Shown piece by piece: positions 1-9,412 of a DNA stretch of 64,000 bases. Below the pieces are notes generated by a model that saw only the letters and a program-made list of their open reading frames with translations, was not told where the DNA came from and searched no databases. How positions within the stretch are numbered: the stretch's first letter is position 1; every line of letters starts with the position of its first letter. The stretch comes from a virus. A program made the position numbers and the translations under genes. Location: IMG/VR virus record IMGVR_UViG_3300025009_000094, positions 2,527-66,526 of that record, one strand, 5' to 3'.

Positions 1-13
1 GGGGGAAACAACA

Positions 14-487
14 ATGAAATCTTATCAAATCAATTTCCTAAACGCATATGGCGAAGAGTGCCAAACAATCGAAAGAGGATCAAGCGAAAGGGATGCTGTG
101 GAGAACTTCGAAAACTGGATGCCCGAAGGAACTATTCAAAAAGTTGTATCTTTGAGTGATAACCAAACGCGTAAAGCAGACATCATTTACACCGACATTC
201 TACCTAGAGACATCGAACTTTACGTTAACCTACCAGATGAGGAGTGCCACAAGTTGGAATCAGTCATGGTTAATGGAGAACAACGGTATAACGTCTTGAT
301 TTGGTACAAGGAAGATCAACCATCAGGGGTAAACTTACCAACGAAATGTATAATATGTGGTAGTGAGTACTTTGAGGACAATGGAATAGATCAGATAAAA
401 TACCCAACGATATGCTTTAATGGTAATAGCAAACTCATATGCGAAGAGTGCAGTATCGATTATGAAGAAACAAAAAGCGGAGTGTAA
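14..487 (+). CDS. hypothetical protein with C-terminal CxxC...CxxC
   Basis: 157-aa ORF, GGGGGA RBS upstream; CIICG and CEEC motifs. Confidence 0.6.
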   Translation: MKSYQINFLNAYGEECQTIERGSSERDAVENFENWMPEGTIQKVVSLSDNQTRKADIIYTDILPRDIELYVNLPDEECHKLESVMVNGEQRYNVLIWYKEDQPSGVNLPTKCIICGSEYFEDNGIDQIKYPTICFNGNSKLICEECSIDYEETKSGV

Positions 488-523
488 TTCAGACAGGATT
501 TACTAGACGATGGAGGTGCACTA

Positions 524-694
524 ATGGCTAAAGGTGGTAAGCGAACAGGAGCAGGAGTAAAACCTCGTTCGGGTGAAGTATCTAAAAATCATTCCATTAA
601 GTTCACTGACTCCGAATGGGAAACCATACGCCAACTAGCCACAGCATCAGGGCAAACAATATCAGACTACATCAGGACTAAAGCCACTAAATAA
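524..694 (+). CDS. small RHH/MobC-like DNA-binding protein (56 aa, not in ORF track)
   Basis: GGAGGTG RBS; MAKGGKRTGAGVKPRSGEVSKNHSIKFTDSEWETIRQLATASGQTISDYIRTKATK; followed by hairpin AAAGCCACT...GGTGGCTTTT. Confidence 0.7.
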   Translation: MAKGGKRTGAGVKPRSGEVSKNHSIKFTDSEWETIRQLATASGQTISDYIRTKATK

Positions 695-735
695 GGTGGC
701 TTTTCCTTTACCAAAAAATAATCGCTAATCCCCTC

Positions 736-764
736 TTGACATACTAGCCAACTAGCTATACAAT
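736..764 (+). promoter_or_regulatory. sigma-A promoter
   Basis: TTGACA-17 nt-TACAAT. Confidence 0.7.
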
Positions 765-1113
765 ATAAACAACACAAAGAACTGAAAACATCCTCTACTA
801 ACTCAGCCAAACAAAAGCGTCCCTCAGCTCAACACACCACCCCGAAATGTGAAGTCCTAATCGCCAACAACACCCACGTTATAGGTTATATCGAAGACCA
901 CGCAGCACAATGGGCGTATATTAGCGGCATCGAATTACAACCTGGTCAATCGGTAAAACTTTGCCAAGATGGTGACATATTCAGCGTCATGGGCGATGAA
1001 TACATTGTCGAAGAAGGCCAATGGGTTGATAATAGGTATAGTGGTCCAGTAGGGCCGGATAATTTTTAACCACAAGGCCAGCCGGAGCCAATTCGGCGAA
1101 AGGAGGAAACCCC

Positions 1114-1248
1114 ATGCAAGTAGTCCTAAACACTAAAATCTCCCTAGAACTAAGACAACAACTAGACGCACACTCCAAAGACTCAGGCAAAGCAATGGCT
1201 AAGATAGTAGCAGAAGCACTAGAAGCATACTTTAAGGCTCTCACGTAG
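1114..1248 (+). CDS. CopG/RHH-like small regulator (44 aa, not in ORF track)
   Basis: AAGGAGG RBS; MQVVLNTKISLELRQQLDAHSKDSGKAMAKIVAEALEAYFKALT fits beta-helix-helix pattern. Confidence 0.7.
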   Translation: MQVVLNTKISLELRQQLDAHSKDSGKAMAKIVAEALEAYFKALT

Positions 1249-1373
1249 AGAGTCTTTTCTCTGCCCCGTAAGGCCTACAATGCCACTGTAAGCTCACAGA
1301 TTAGCGTTGCAATCGCACTACAAAGCTAATTACTAAGCTCAAAACATCCCTGAAAATAATCTTGAAAAAGTAG

Positions 1374-1403
1374 TTGACAATCAAAACATGATTATGGTAC
1401 AAT
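1374..1403 (+). promoter_or_regulatory. sigma-A promoter with extended -10
   Basis: TTGACA-18 nt-TACAAT with TG before -10. Confidence 0.6.
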
Positions 1404-1479
1404 GAATCAAGATCAAGTTTGAAGGTAGAAAGTAACCCGACAGGCTACAAAGGGAGCCGGGGAAGAAGGAGTTTTAAAA

Positions 1480-1752
1480 ATGAAACTAATCATTGCATCC
1501 ACGCTGACCAGTGCTATCCAAGTAGTCAATCTGTACCTTGTCGATGAAAACGGAAATAGCCCATGCTTTGGAGTAGACGAAACTATCACCATCGAGGCTG
1601 AGAACCACGGGGTACTTGAGCAGAAAATAGCCGAAGCTAAGGAAGATTTTACTCACCACTTAGTTGCCAACGAAGGATTTTATTGGGGCGAAAAGGTTGG
1701 TTACGCCGTCGGGAAAAACGGGATAGACTACGAAGTTATGGCCGACATCTGA
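1480..1752 (+). CDS. hypothetical protein
   Basis: AAGAAGGAG RBS, 90 aa. Confidence 0.65.
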   Translation: MKLIIASTLTSAIQVVNLYLVDENGNSPCFGVDETITIEAENHGVLEQKIAEAKEDFTHHLVANEGFYWGEKVGYAVGKNGIDYEVMADI

Positions 1753-1799
1753 TACAGCCCGTCAGCTCGTAAGGAGCGGGGTAAGAAGGAGTTTTTAAA

Positions 1800-2171
1800 A
1801 TGACAAGCTTTAATTTTTCGGGATCTAACAAGACTAGCTTTTGTAAAATAGAGGGTCCTCACGCTCCACATATCATCGATTCGTATAAAACGGTTTGCCA
1901 TGGCACTCTGGATGAGTTTTGCACAGGTCGCAGCGGGAATGGTATCACAATCACGATAGACTCGGTGCGTCCTGGTAGTGCAGAATATCCCGCAACGGCG
2001 CGTGGTAACATTACTACCCACGGAGGATATCGACCCGGCTCAGGCCGCAAACCCTCCGGCCGCACTCGCCGAACATTCCATCTCACCGATAATGAGCACG
2101 CAAAACTAAAAGAGCTACTCGATCAAATGAGGGCTACTAAATCTAGCGAAGAAAACGAAAGAAGGAATTAA
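1800..2171 (+). CDS. hypothetical protein with C-terminal GGxRxGxGRK + RHH-like segment
   Basis: RBS like that of the 1480 gene; HGGYRPGSGRKPSGRTRRTFHLTDNEHAKLKELL. Confidence 0.6.
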   Translation: MTSFNFSGSNKTSFCKIEGPHAPHIIDSYKTVCHGTLDEFCTGRSGNGITITIDSVRPGSAEYPATARGNITTHGGYRPGSGRKPSGRTRRTFHLTDNEHAKLKELLDQMRATKSSEENERRN

Positions 2172-2351
2172 AATGAAGATTATCTCAGGCCAGCCAGTCG
2201 CAGAGGGAGTGCACGAAGGTCATTGGTGGTATCAAAACAGATTTCCGAATAGCCCTATGTTTGTCTGGCGCAACTTCGGAACATTCCGCAAGCACTACGC
2301 TAAATAATCCTAAAGCTAAGCCGGGCTAAATCGGCGTAAGGAGGATAACAC

Positions 2352-2738
2352 ATGTTTAATAGCCAGGAACACAGAACCGCTTTCCTATCCCTTTGTCCAG
2401 GTAAGTTGCTGAACGATACAGAATGGGTTGGACCAATCTTTATCCTCACATCTGACAATGAGCTACGAAGAAAAACCGCAAACCGTATCAACTCTAAAAA
2501 GCGTGAGATCAACTGGGAAGATATTTTAGATACAGACTTTGGCGGTGGTCACTATGCAATTATATATTGGGCCTTCGCTCTATGGGCTGGAAACTCATGG
2601 CGAATAGATAAAGAAGGAGGATACTGCGAGCCTATTGATACTATGAGCAGAGCCTATTCCATGGACGAAACTCTTCGCCGAACCGCGATAACAGCCCTCG
2701 AATTACGATGGGGAATTAAAGTTTTAGGGAATTCTTAG
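2352..2738 (+). CDS. hypothetical protein
   Basis: AAGGAGG RBS, 128 aa. Confidence 0.65.
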   Translation: MFNSQEHRTAFLSLCPGKLLNDTEWVGPIFILTSDNELRRKTANRINSKKREINWEDILDTDFGGGHYAIIYWAFALWAGNSWRIDKEGGYCEPIDTMSRAYSMDETLRRTAITALELRWGIKVLGNS

Positions 2739-2936
2739 AAATAGGGCTCCTTTTTTATCCCGGATCAACCCAAACCCCTTTATTATGCCTCATAGTTTTA
2801 TCAATCGCATTAAACATCTTACTATCCGCAAAATCAACAAGCCTAACGCAATTCCTAGGAGGCTTATCCTTATCGGGACAATGCTTCTGCCTAGTGCATA
2901 ATTTACAATCCACGATAAGTCACATCCCCTAAATAG

Positions 2937-2981
2937 AAAAGACGCTCCGAGCCACATTATAGGCCGAGAGCGTCTTTATTT
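2937..2981. terminator. bidirectional intrinsic terminator between convergent units
   Basis: AAAAGACGCTC...GAGCGTCTTTATTT inverted repeat. Confidence 0.6.
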
Positions 2982-3068
2982 ATGATATTGTCATTATGCG
3001 ATATTATTATTTTATCAGATTACCATACCCTTAACTTATAATATTGTAATAATAAAACAGTAACTATG

Positions 3069-3602
3069 CTACTTCCTGTAATATAGATACCTCTGAAGCA
3101 ACGGACCTAGTATCTCCCACAAAACCTCCAATGCCTCTTTGTTTATCTTTCCAAGCATCCCGGCTGTGATATATACTCTTCCAACATTATGACGCTCATT
3201 AAAGATAATCTCAATATTCCTCCATGTTTCTGATTCAAAATACTTCGACTCAATGACCGTCCTTTGCTCCCTGGTCAATGCCTTTAGTGCCTCGTCAATC
3301 TGTTCTATCTCTACCGTTTTATAACGCACCCTTGATTTATCCTCGTCAATCCATTCCTGCACCAACTCGGCAGTAACTTCCCTCTGCGCTGCAATGTGCT
3401 CCGTAGGTGACGTTGTGGTAGTCGCATGAGGCATTCCCTCAACCCGGCTCACACTATTCTCAAACATCCAGAGTTCTCCACTTTTCAAAGCATCCTGCCA
3501 TACTGCTATTCTCTGTGATGCTGTAGTTATTTCTGCCTTATGTTTTTTGTAGAGTTTGAGACGTTCTTCTAGTATGTTTTGTGACTCTTTTATCATTGCC
3601 AT
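3069..3602 (-). CDS. ArpU/RinA-like late transcription activator
   Basis: last gene of early/middle operon; IEQIDEALKALTREQRTVIESKYF sigma-region-4-like C-terminus. Confidence 0.65.
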   Translation of the reverse strand: MAMIKESQNILEERLKLYKKHKAEITTASQRIAVWQDALKSGELWMFENSVSRVEGMPHATTTTSPTEHIAAQREVTAELVQEWIDEDKSRVRYKTVEIEQIDEALKALTREQRTVIESKYFESETWRNIEIIFNERHNVGRVYITAGMLGKINKEALEVLWEILGPLLQRYLYYRK

Positions 3603-3604
3603 GG

Positions 3605-3871
3605 TTAACCCTCCTTAGTAACCGTCATAGCCATCAAGAAGGGTTTATGGACCTCATGCCCAAAAAGTATCACATTAGCGGCATTAGATAGCCTCTTGTT
3701 TCCCTCGTTAGGAACTAGGCAAGTAGTACAGAACATATTTCCTTGATCCTCAGTTTTCTCTTTCAGGAAAAAACTAGCTAGTACCTGAATACCGTTGACC
3801 TTGCAAATCTCTATTATCTTTGACATTAACGGAGCTATTTGCTCGTCATAGATTTGTTCTTTATCGTACAT
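3605..3871 (-). CDS. hypothetical phage protein
   Basis: 88-aa ORF with RBS in operon. Confidence 0.6.
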   Translation of the reverse strand: MYDKEQIYDEQIAPLMSKIIEICKVNGIQVLASFFLKEKTEDQGNMFCTTCLVPNEGNKRLSNAANVILFGHEVHKPFLMAMTVTKEG

Positions 3872-3992
3872 ATTTATCTCCCCTTCCTACCCCTTATAAA
3901 TTCCAGTATCCTCACCCTTTTGCACCCTGTAAATACTGTTGCTGTACGGGTCCAATATCATCACATCGCCACCGAATATTAGTTTAAGGATG

Positions 3993-4178
3993 TCACTCAA
4001 CTTCATGTGTAGTTTTATATTCATCGTTTTCCTCCTGTAGCTTTCTAATAATCCAATCAATCAAAATGCAATCCTCAACTTTATTACAAGCATCTTTTTG
4101 TTCTGATCCACAATCAGGGCAACAAAAAACCCAAGCGGCGTTAAGTAGGAAATTTAGTTGTCCTTTTGATAAATTCAC
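3993..4178 (-). CDS. small Cys-rich hypothetical protein
   Basis: abuts upstream gene; CCPDC. Confidence 0.5.
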   Translation of the reverse strand: MNLSKGQLNFLLNAAWVFCCPDCGSEQKDACNKVEDCILIDWIIRKLQEENDEYKTTHEVE

Positions 4179-4433
4179 CTATTTACCATCCTTCCTCAAC
4201 CCCAACCCCATGTCCTCCAACTTATTACTAACTTCCTGACATGTTGACCTAACGGAGTTTCTTATCCCGGCCAATTCCTGCCAGGATAGTTTTGTCAAAT
4301 CGCCAACAGTGGCGATTCCACCTTTTCTAAGTGTGTGGAAAGTGCGTGCCGTAAACCCGCAATCGATGATCTTTACCGTCAAATCCGTATTATACCTCTT
4401 GTCCAACTTTGCCCTAATTTTATCCATTAGCAT
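4179..4433 (-). CDS. stand-alone RNA polymerase alpha C-terminal-domain-like protein
   Basis: IIDCGFTARTFHTLRKGGIATVGDL...IRN...EVSNKLEDMGLGLRKD parallels the Bacillota RpoA CTD. Confidence 0.8.
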   Translation of the reverse strand: MLMDKIRAKLDKRYNTDLTVKIIDCGFTARTFHTLRKGGIATVGDLTKLSWQELAGIRNSVRSTCQEVSNKLEDMGLGLRKDGK

Positions 4434-4774
4434 TAGCAGTTCCCTCCTTCTAAAACCTTAGCCAGCACATTTGCCATTGCTCCGTTTTCCTTCTGCAACT
4501 TAACCCCTACTAAAATGTGGCTGTAATCCGATATTTTGCGTAAGTCCTGCAAGTTCTGAGTCTGCTTAAATCGTGCAGCATACTTGATTATATTCGATAG
4601 GCAAAAATCCTCCGCAAGCCCCTTGGATATTATCAAGTCAATGGGCTCCACCCCGTCAACCGCTTTATAGTGTGCGCTACCATCTGTAAGGCAGAATTCT
4701 TTTCCTTGTTCCCGAATTTCATAGATAGTTTTCATCTTTTTATTCCTCCAACTCTTTCCACCCAATTGTTTCAC
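4433..4774 (-). CDS. DUF3310 (SaV-like) protein
   Basis: HY...VEPIDLI...FCLSNIIKYAAR...QDLRKI. Confidence 0.7.
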   Translation of the reverse strand: MKQLGGKSWRNKKMKTIYEIREQGKEFCLTDGSAHYKAVDGVEPIDLIISKGLAEDFCLSNIIKYAARFKQTQNLQDLRKISDYSHILVGVKLQKENGAMANVLAKVLEGGNC

Positions 4775-5105
4775 TCAGAATCCCGGCAAATGTTCTTTTT
4801 ATTATTTTTTCGGTCTGCATTCTCCCACTTTTTAAGCTCAGTCCCTTGTTGTTTGGGCATTGCAACTCTCTTATCTGCCCGTATTGGCGACATACTGCAG
4901 GTCTGAAGTGATAGACCGAACATCGCTTAGTGTCCGTGTCGAGCAAGATGCAGGTTAATGGTTCCCTATATTGCCTTTTAAGCCTATCTATCGTCTCCAC
5001 GGACATTGCTTTAATTGCGGATTTCAGGGTTTCGAGTTGAGATCTAAGCAAATATAGTGGACCACAACAATCTCCACACTGCTTGCAGTTGAATTGTTTA
5101 CTCAA
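4740..5105 (-). CDS. YkgJ-family CxxCxxCC cysteine-cluster protein
   Basis: FNCKQCGDCCG...C..L....RCSVYHFRPAVCRQY; probable TTG start after GGAGG. Confidence 0.8.
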   Translation of the reverse strand: MSKQFNCKQCGDCCGPLYLLRSQLETLKSAIKAMSVETIDRLKRQYREPLTCILLDTDTKRCSVYHFRPAVCRQYGQIRELQCPNNKGLSLKSGRMQTEKIIKRTFAGILSETIGWKELEE

Positions 5106-5106
5106 T

Positions 5107-5646
5107 CTAATTCCTCCCTGTTGATCCAAATCCGTCCGCTCCTCGTTCGCTCTCTCCCAGTTCATCAACCTGTACAAACTCAGTCTGCAAATACGGCACC
5201 ACCACTAGTTGGGCTACCCGCTCTTTTGGGTTAATGACCACATAATTCGAGTCGAGAGGATTAAACACATTCATGAACATTTCTCCAGTAAATCCAGCGT
5301 CAATAGTTCCTGTGATAACAAGTTTCCCCTCGGATGATGCTCCAGACCTTGGCTGTATTAGCCCGACATACCCATCGGGAATGGATACACCGATTCCCGA
5401 GGGTATTTTAAGCATGTGTCCAGGATGCAGTAATACGGATGATTCTATCCTTGCTCGTAGGTCTGCCCCTGCATCTTTGGAGTGTTTGCGGTATGGGAGA
5501 AATATGGGGTCTGTGGTGTTCATTAGCTTAGTTGGGATAGTTGTTAACTTGGGTTCCCACTTCGGAAAACCATAGTGTTTATTACATACCCCACAAGTCT
5601 CTTCATATTGATTGTATACATGTTTGCAACTAGTGCAGTTTTTCAC
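5107..5646 (-). CDS. dut: trimeric dUTPase with N-terminal Cys-rich extension
   Basis: AGADL, PRSG, GTIDAGFTGE, RVAQLV, RGADGFGSTG motifs. Confidence 0.92.
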   Translation of the reverse strand: MKNCTSCKHVYNQYEETCGVCNKHYGFPKWEPKLTTIPTKLMNTTDPIFLPYRKHSKDAGADLRARIESSVLLHPGHMLKIPSGIGVSIPDGYVGLIQPRSGASSEGKLVITGTIDAGFTGEMFMNVFNPLDSNYVVINPKERVAQLVVVPYLQTEFVQVDELGESERGADGFGSTGRN

Positions 5647-5671
5647 TTCTCATCTTCCTCCCATTATTGCG

Positions 5672-6223
5672 CTATTTTTGTGTTGCTTTAGTTCTCTTTT
5701 TCACTTTTGGATTCTTAATGGCATCGATAGCCTCTTCCCTGAATACAGGTAAAGCGTCTACTAGTCCAAGGTATCCCCTACCGAATTGGCAAAGAGCATA
5801 TGCGTCAGTCTGGTCCGTAGTAGGGAAATCCTTACCCCATGACTTTAGGACTCCAATTGCCATAGCTACCTTATCCCCCATTCCCTTACCTGTCGTGTAT
5901 TTTTTCAGAGAAGTCGGAGCAATATCTATAAATGGTATTTTTTGTTCATATAGCATTAGCCGTATCACGCCTCCTAGTTCTCCGAGTTCCTCCCTGCCAT
6001 TTTTGCTACCATACGAATATCCCTCGATAAACACCGTTATTGCTTTGTCTATTGCATTGTGGTTGTGGCAGCACTTTTCTACTAACTTATTTTTGATGTC
6101 CTGCAGCCTTTTTACTCCATTAAACCTTGAATTAACGGCATATGTCTCTAGTAATTCGCCCTGCTTACTCATGACGCACAGGCCAGTAGAAGTTAACGAG
6201 GGATCAATGCCAATTATAATCAT
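5672..6223 (-). CDS. RuvC-like Holliday junction resolvase
   Basis: IIGIDPSLTSTG, VFIEGY, PTSLKKYTTGKG, DQTDAY. Confidence 0.85.
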   Translation of the reverse strand: MIIIGIDPSLTSTGLCVMSKQGELLETYAVNSRFNGVKRLQDIKNKLVEKCCHNHNAIDKAITVFIEGYSYGSKNGREELGELGGVIRLMLYEQKIPFIDIAPTSLKKYTTGKGMGDKVAMAIGVLKSWGKDFPTTDQTDAYALCQFGRGYLGLVDALPVFREEAIDAIKNPKVKKRTKATQK

Positions 6224-6675
6224 ATCTTACCACCTAAAAGTTCAGGGTTCTCGAACACGTTTCCGATTACTTCGATTTTCCAATCTCTATCCACAGGAAT
6301 CTCTATTAATCCGTTTGGCGCATCATTGCATTTTGTTTCAGCAACATAACGTGTGTACTTTGTGTTGAATCCGATAACATATTTCGGAAAGTAGTAGGAC
6401 TTAGTCCTAATATTAACCACATCACCCTCGTATACCTCCTGCCCCTCCGGATACTCATCGGTTCGCTTGTTGTCGCGTAGGCCCGTGAATTGCATCAAGT
6501 GACCATCTTTTAGGTATTGACACCTAGTGGCTCCATTTTCTACAACTACTTTATTAGCTGAATATATACATGGATTTTTATCGTATGTGGTATTAAGTCC
6601 TATGAGATTCATGTTTTCGTACATTTTATTTTCGATATTGCTGTAAAATCTGAATTTAATCTCTCTTCCACTCAT
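6220..6675 (-). CDS. YopX-family protein
   Basis: REIKFR, MQFTGLRD, VYEGDVV, EVIGNVFENPELL. Confidence 0.9.
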   Translation of the reverse strand: MSGREIKFRFYSNIENKMYENMNLIGLNTTYDKNPCIYSANKVVVENGATRCQYLKDGHLMQFTGLRDNKRTDEYPEGQEVYEGDVVNIRTKSYYFPKYVIGFNTKYTRYVAETKCNDAPNGLIEIPVDRDWKIEVIGNVFENPELLGGKI

Positions 6676-6680
6676 CGAAC

Positions 6681-7115
6681 TTAATTCCCCTCAACTTTCA
6701 CCAACACTTCATTTCTCCTACCCTGTATCTCCATCCATTTGTCGTATAGCGATTGCGTAAACCTTGGTAAACCATTCACCCATGCACTGTTATCCATAAG
6801 TAATTCAGCTTCCCATTCTTCGTATAGCTTTAGTATTTCGTACATTTCAGGAGCAGCCGCAATAAGATTGGCATTGCATTTAGTCATCTCAATCCACCAT
6901 TTTTGTGGAAATTGAACCCATGGTTCATATCCGATCAAGGGCTTAGGTTCTCCAACAGGAGTAATGGAAGTGCCTTCAGGAACTGTCCATATTACGCTTC
7001 CCTCATCATTAGACCTATATTTCTTTAATTCAGGTATCGCAGCCCTTATTTCCCATCCGGCACCAGGTGAATTATTTACCATCCATGGACCAGGCGTAAA
7101 TTTAAACTCTCTCAT
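6681..7115 (-). CDS. conserved phage protein (TPGPW...NANLIAAAPE family)
   Basis: FTPGPW and NANLIAAAPEMY motifs. Confidence 0.65.
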   Translation of the reverse strand: MREFKFTPGPWMVNNSPGAGWEIRAAIPELKKYRSNDEGSVIWTVPEGTSITPVGEPKPLIGYEPWVQFPQKWWIEMTKCNANLIAAAPEMYEILKLYEEWEAELLMDNSAWVNGLPRFTQSLYDKWMEIQGRRNEVLVKVEGN

Positions 7116-7128
7116 CTCAACATCCCCC

Positions 7129-7419
7129 TCATATCTTCGTTATCCCCATCCACTGATGGCATTTTCCAACCCCAACTACCCCTGCACTCTCAACAACCTT
7201 CCGAATATTCTCATCCAGTTCGCAATCCTTCATGTACCTCCTACCGCTCCGAATATTACCCTTTCCTCCCAAAGTCATCCTGTAGTCCGCAATGGTTGTC
7301 CGACTTATGCCCAAATGATAAGCAAGTCTTGATACGTTGCCAAACTTTTCTATTTCCTTTTCGAGATCCGTGAGCGTGGAGTAGAGGGTTTTTAGTCTGT
7401 TTGTTTTTGTGTTTTTCAA
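7129..7419 (-). CDS. HTH-containing hypothetical protein
   Basis: NVSRLAYHLGISRTTIADY. Confidence 0.5.
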   Translation of the reverse strand: MKNTKTNRLKTLYSTLTDLEKEIEKFGNVSRLAYHLGISRTTIADYRMTLGGKGNIRSGRRYMKDCELDENIRKVVESAGVVGVGKCHQWMGITKI

Positions 7420-7514
7420 TGTCGGCCTCCTCTGTTTTAGAATATAATCAAGAAGTATGGGAAGCCCGATAAGTAAGGGTTTCCCTTCTTCTTTGTGTAT
7501 AATTTAGAACAATT

Positions 7515-7916
7515 CTAAAAAGGAATTTCCGAGTCTATACTGACCTCTGTTCCATACGAAGGATTTCCGCTTGTTGCGTTGTTATTTCCTTGTTCTGCAT
7601 TCTTAGGACTCAAAAATTCAACTTCGTCAGCAATCACATCGCTAGAATACTTCTTATTTCCATCTTTGTCGGTGTACGAGCTAACTTGGAGCGATCCACT
7701 TACTGCGGCCTTATTTCCTTTCGCCAATGCGTTTGCACATAGCTCCGCGAGTTGCTTAAAGCACTTTATTTGGATAAAATCGGTTTCCTTTTCACCTTGG
7801 GAGTTTTTAAATCTCCGACCAACCGCTAATGTAAATGTCGCAATTGCGGTCCCTGAAGTTGCATAGCGTAATTCACAATCTCTTACTAAATTTCCTATTA
7901 ATGTAATTTTATTCAT
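7515..7916 (-). CDS. ssb: single-stranded DNA-binding protein
   Basis: MNKITLIGNLVRD, acidic tail ending EIPF. Confidence 0.95.
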   Translation of the reverse strand: MNKITLIGNLVRDCELRYATSGTAIATFTLAVGRRFKNSQGEKETDFIQIKCFKQLAELCANALAKGNKAAVSGSLQVSSYTDKDGNKKYSSDVIADEVEFLSPKNAEQGNNNATSGNPSYGTEVSIDSEIPF

Positions 7917-7917
7917 A

Positions 7918-8682
7918 CTATCTTCCTCCTAAAATTTGATCTAACCTCGCCTGAATATCTTCCTCAACCTGCCTTATCCCCTGTTGTTTAATTGCCCCAA
8001 TGTAATAAGCAACGTGTAACCACATCTGGTCAGGTGTTTCAGTCCTTACGTACTCAGAATTCCACTCCGGTTCCTGTTCAGCCAATCCTCCGAGATCATC
8101 CTTAGTTTCTTCAGGATGGTTTTTTGTAACATACTGACATATTTCCGATTCCCTGCATGTTCCACAAAAAGTATTCTCATTATTCTCATACGTTCCGAAG
8201 CAATGATAAGTAACTTCGCACTCCTTATTGAGTTCTTCCGTTTCCACCCCCTTATCGCCTCCTTCCCTAACAATCCCACCCTCATCCGCTTTACTCTCCT
8301 CTAATGATGCTTCTGTGCCCTCTGCTAGCCTATTTATCACCTCCCTCACCTGTTTAACCCCTGCGAAGTCCAACAACTTCTGGCAGGTCGGACATGGTAT
8401 AGGATCAACCTCATCCGAGCAGACTAGGTATAGCTCGGCACCTTGCAATAATTTTTTACGAGCGTTAATTAAGGCCATAGCCTCGGCATGCACCGACCCA
8501 CAATCCGCATAGTCACCTGTGTTATGATCGACATCAATCCTAGCGCACGTAGTACAAGCTTCTAGGCTTTCATTACGACCTGTCGCTATAATCCTACCAT
8601 CCGATACGATTACACAGGCGTATTGACGTTTTAAGCAATTACTAAGAGGTAGGAGGGTTCTTGATATGTCGAAGTAGTTCAT
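7918..8682 (-). CDS. dCMP deaminase-like protein with C-terminal extension
   Basis: HAEAMAL and PCPTC zinc-deaminase motifs. Confidence 0.85.
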   Translation of the reverse strand: MNYFDISRTLLPLSNCLKRQYACVIVSDGRIIATGRNESLEACTTCARIDVDHNTGDYADCGSVHAEAMALINARKKLLQGAELYLVCSDEVDPIPCPTCQKLLDFAGVKQVREVINRLAEGTEASLEESKADEGGIVREGGDKGVETEELNKECEVTYHCFGTYENNENTFCGTCRESEICQYVTKNHPEETKDDLGGLAEQEPEWNSEYVRTETPDQMWLHVAYYIGAIKQQGIRQVEEDIQARLDQILGGR

Positions 8683-9056
8683 CTCGCCACCTTACCCCTC
8701 ATCTCGCTCCGTCTTTCCTCTGACCACTTATTAGTTCTTCCGGCATAAGCATCCATGAACCCCATAACGTCCGGTTTAACTCCTGCCCTTACAGCTTGTT
8801 TTCCTGCTTTGAGAAAGTTGACAAGAAACTCACTCATTGCGTCAATTTGCTCAGGTTTCAACACGTCCCTATAATTCACTCCGGTAAGATATGTTCCATT
8901 CGCTAGGTTTCCGATGTTGGCCGGGAGATTATTCCTGTACCTCCAACACGCTATGGTGTTTGGTTTTATTCCGACAGCTTTTCCAATTTTGGTATCGTTT
9001 TTTCCGGAGTTGTAGAGCTGCAATATTTTTTGTTCGTTTAATTTTAGCTTTCGCAT
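8679..9056 (-). CDS. HTH protein
   Basis: LYNSGKNDTKIGKAVGIKPNTIACWR. Confidence 0.6.
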   Translation of the reverse strand: MRKLKLNEQKILQLYNSGKNDTKIGKAVGIKPNTIACWRYRNNLPANIGNLANGTYLTGVNYRDVLKPEQIDAMSEFLVNFLKAGKQAVRAGVKPDVMGFMDAYAGRTNKWSEERRSEMRGKVAR

Positions 9057-9162
9057 TTTGGTTCCCCCTTATCTCCCATCAGTTTTCTTCAACACGCCGA
9101 CCAACCGGGCTATGTCCTTCATGATCTCCTCGAATTCCTTATCCTTCACGATTTACCACCCC

Positions 9163-9405
9163 TTACCATAAAATCATCAAACAAGTATCAAATTTCCTCG
9201 CAATAATGCAATCCACTATGTCCTCATTTTCAAGGTCTGTCATTGTAAGTATTACCGTCAATTCCAGAGCATCGCTATCTTTTGTCATATTGTCGGTCAA
9301 TGATTCTAGTATCTCGAACTGTCTATCTGTGATTAATCCGCCTATATTCATTTCAAAGATTGTTGCCTGGAATCTAGTTATCGCTTCAGCAATCGGCAAC
9401 AACAA
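9163..9405 (-). CDS. hypothetical protein
   Basis: AAGGGG RBS directly after dnaB. Confidence 0.5.
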   Translation of the reverse strand: MLLPIAEAITRFQATIFEMNIGGLITDRQFEILESLTDNMTKDSDALELTVILTMTDLENEDIVDCIIARKFDTCLMILW

Positions 9406-9412
9406 TTCCCCC

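Noticed and set aside
5667-6368. Long plus-strand ORFs opposite the early operon (also 6964, 13762, 14118, 36944, 44317)
   Set aside because: No RBS or recognisable motif; antisense shadows, unlike the 19361 and 62591 HNHs which carry full motifs.
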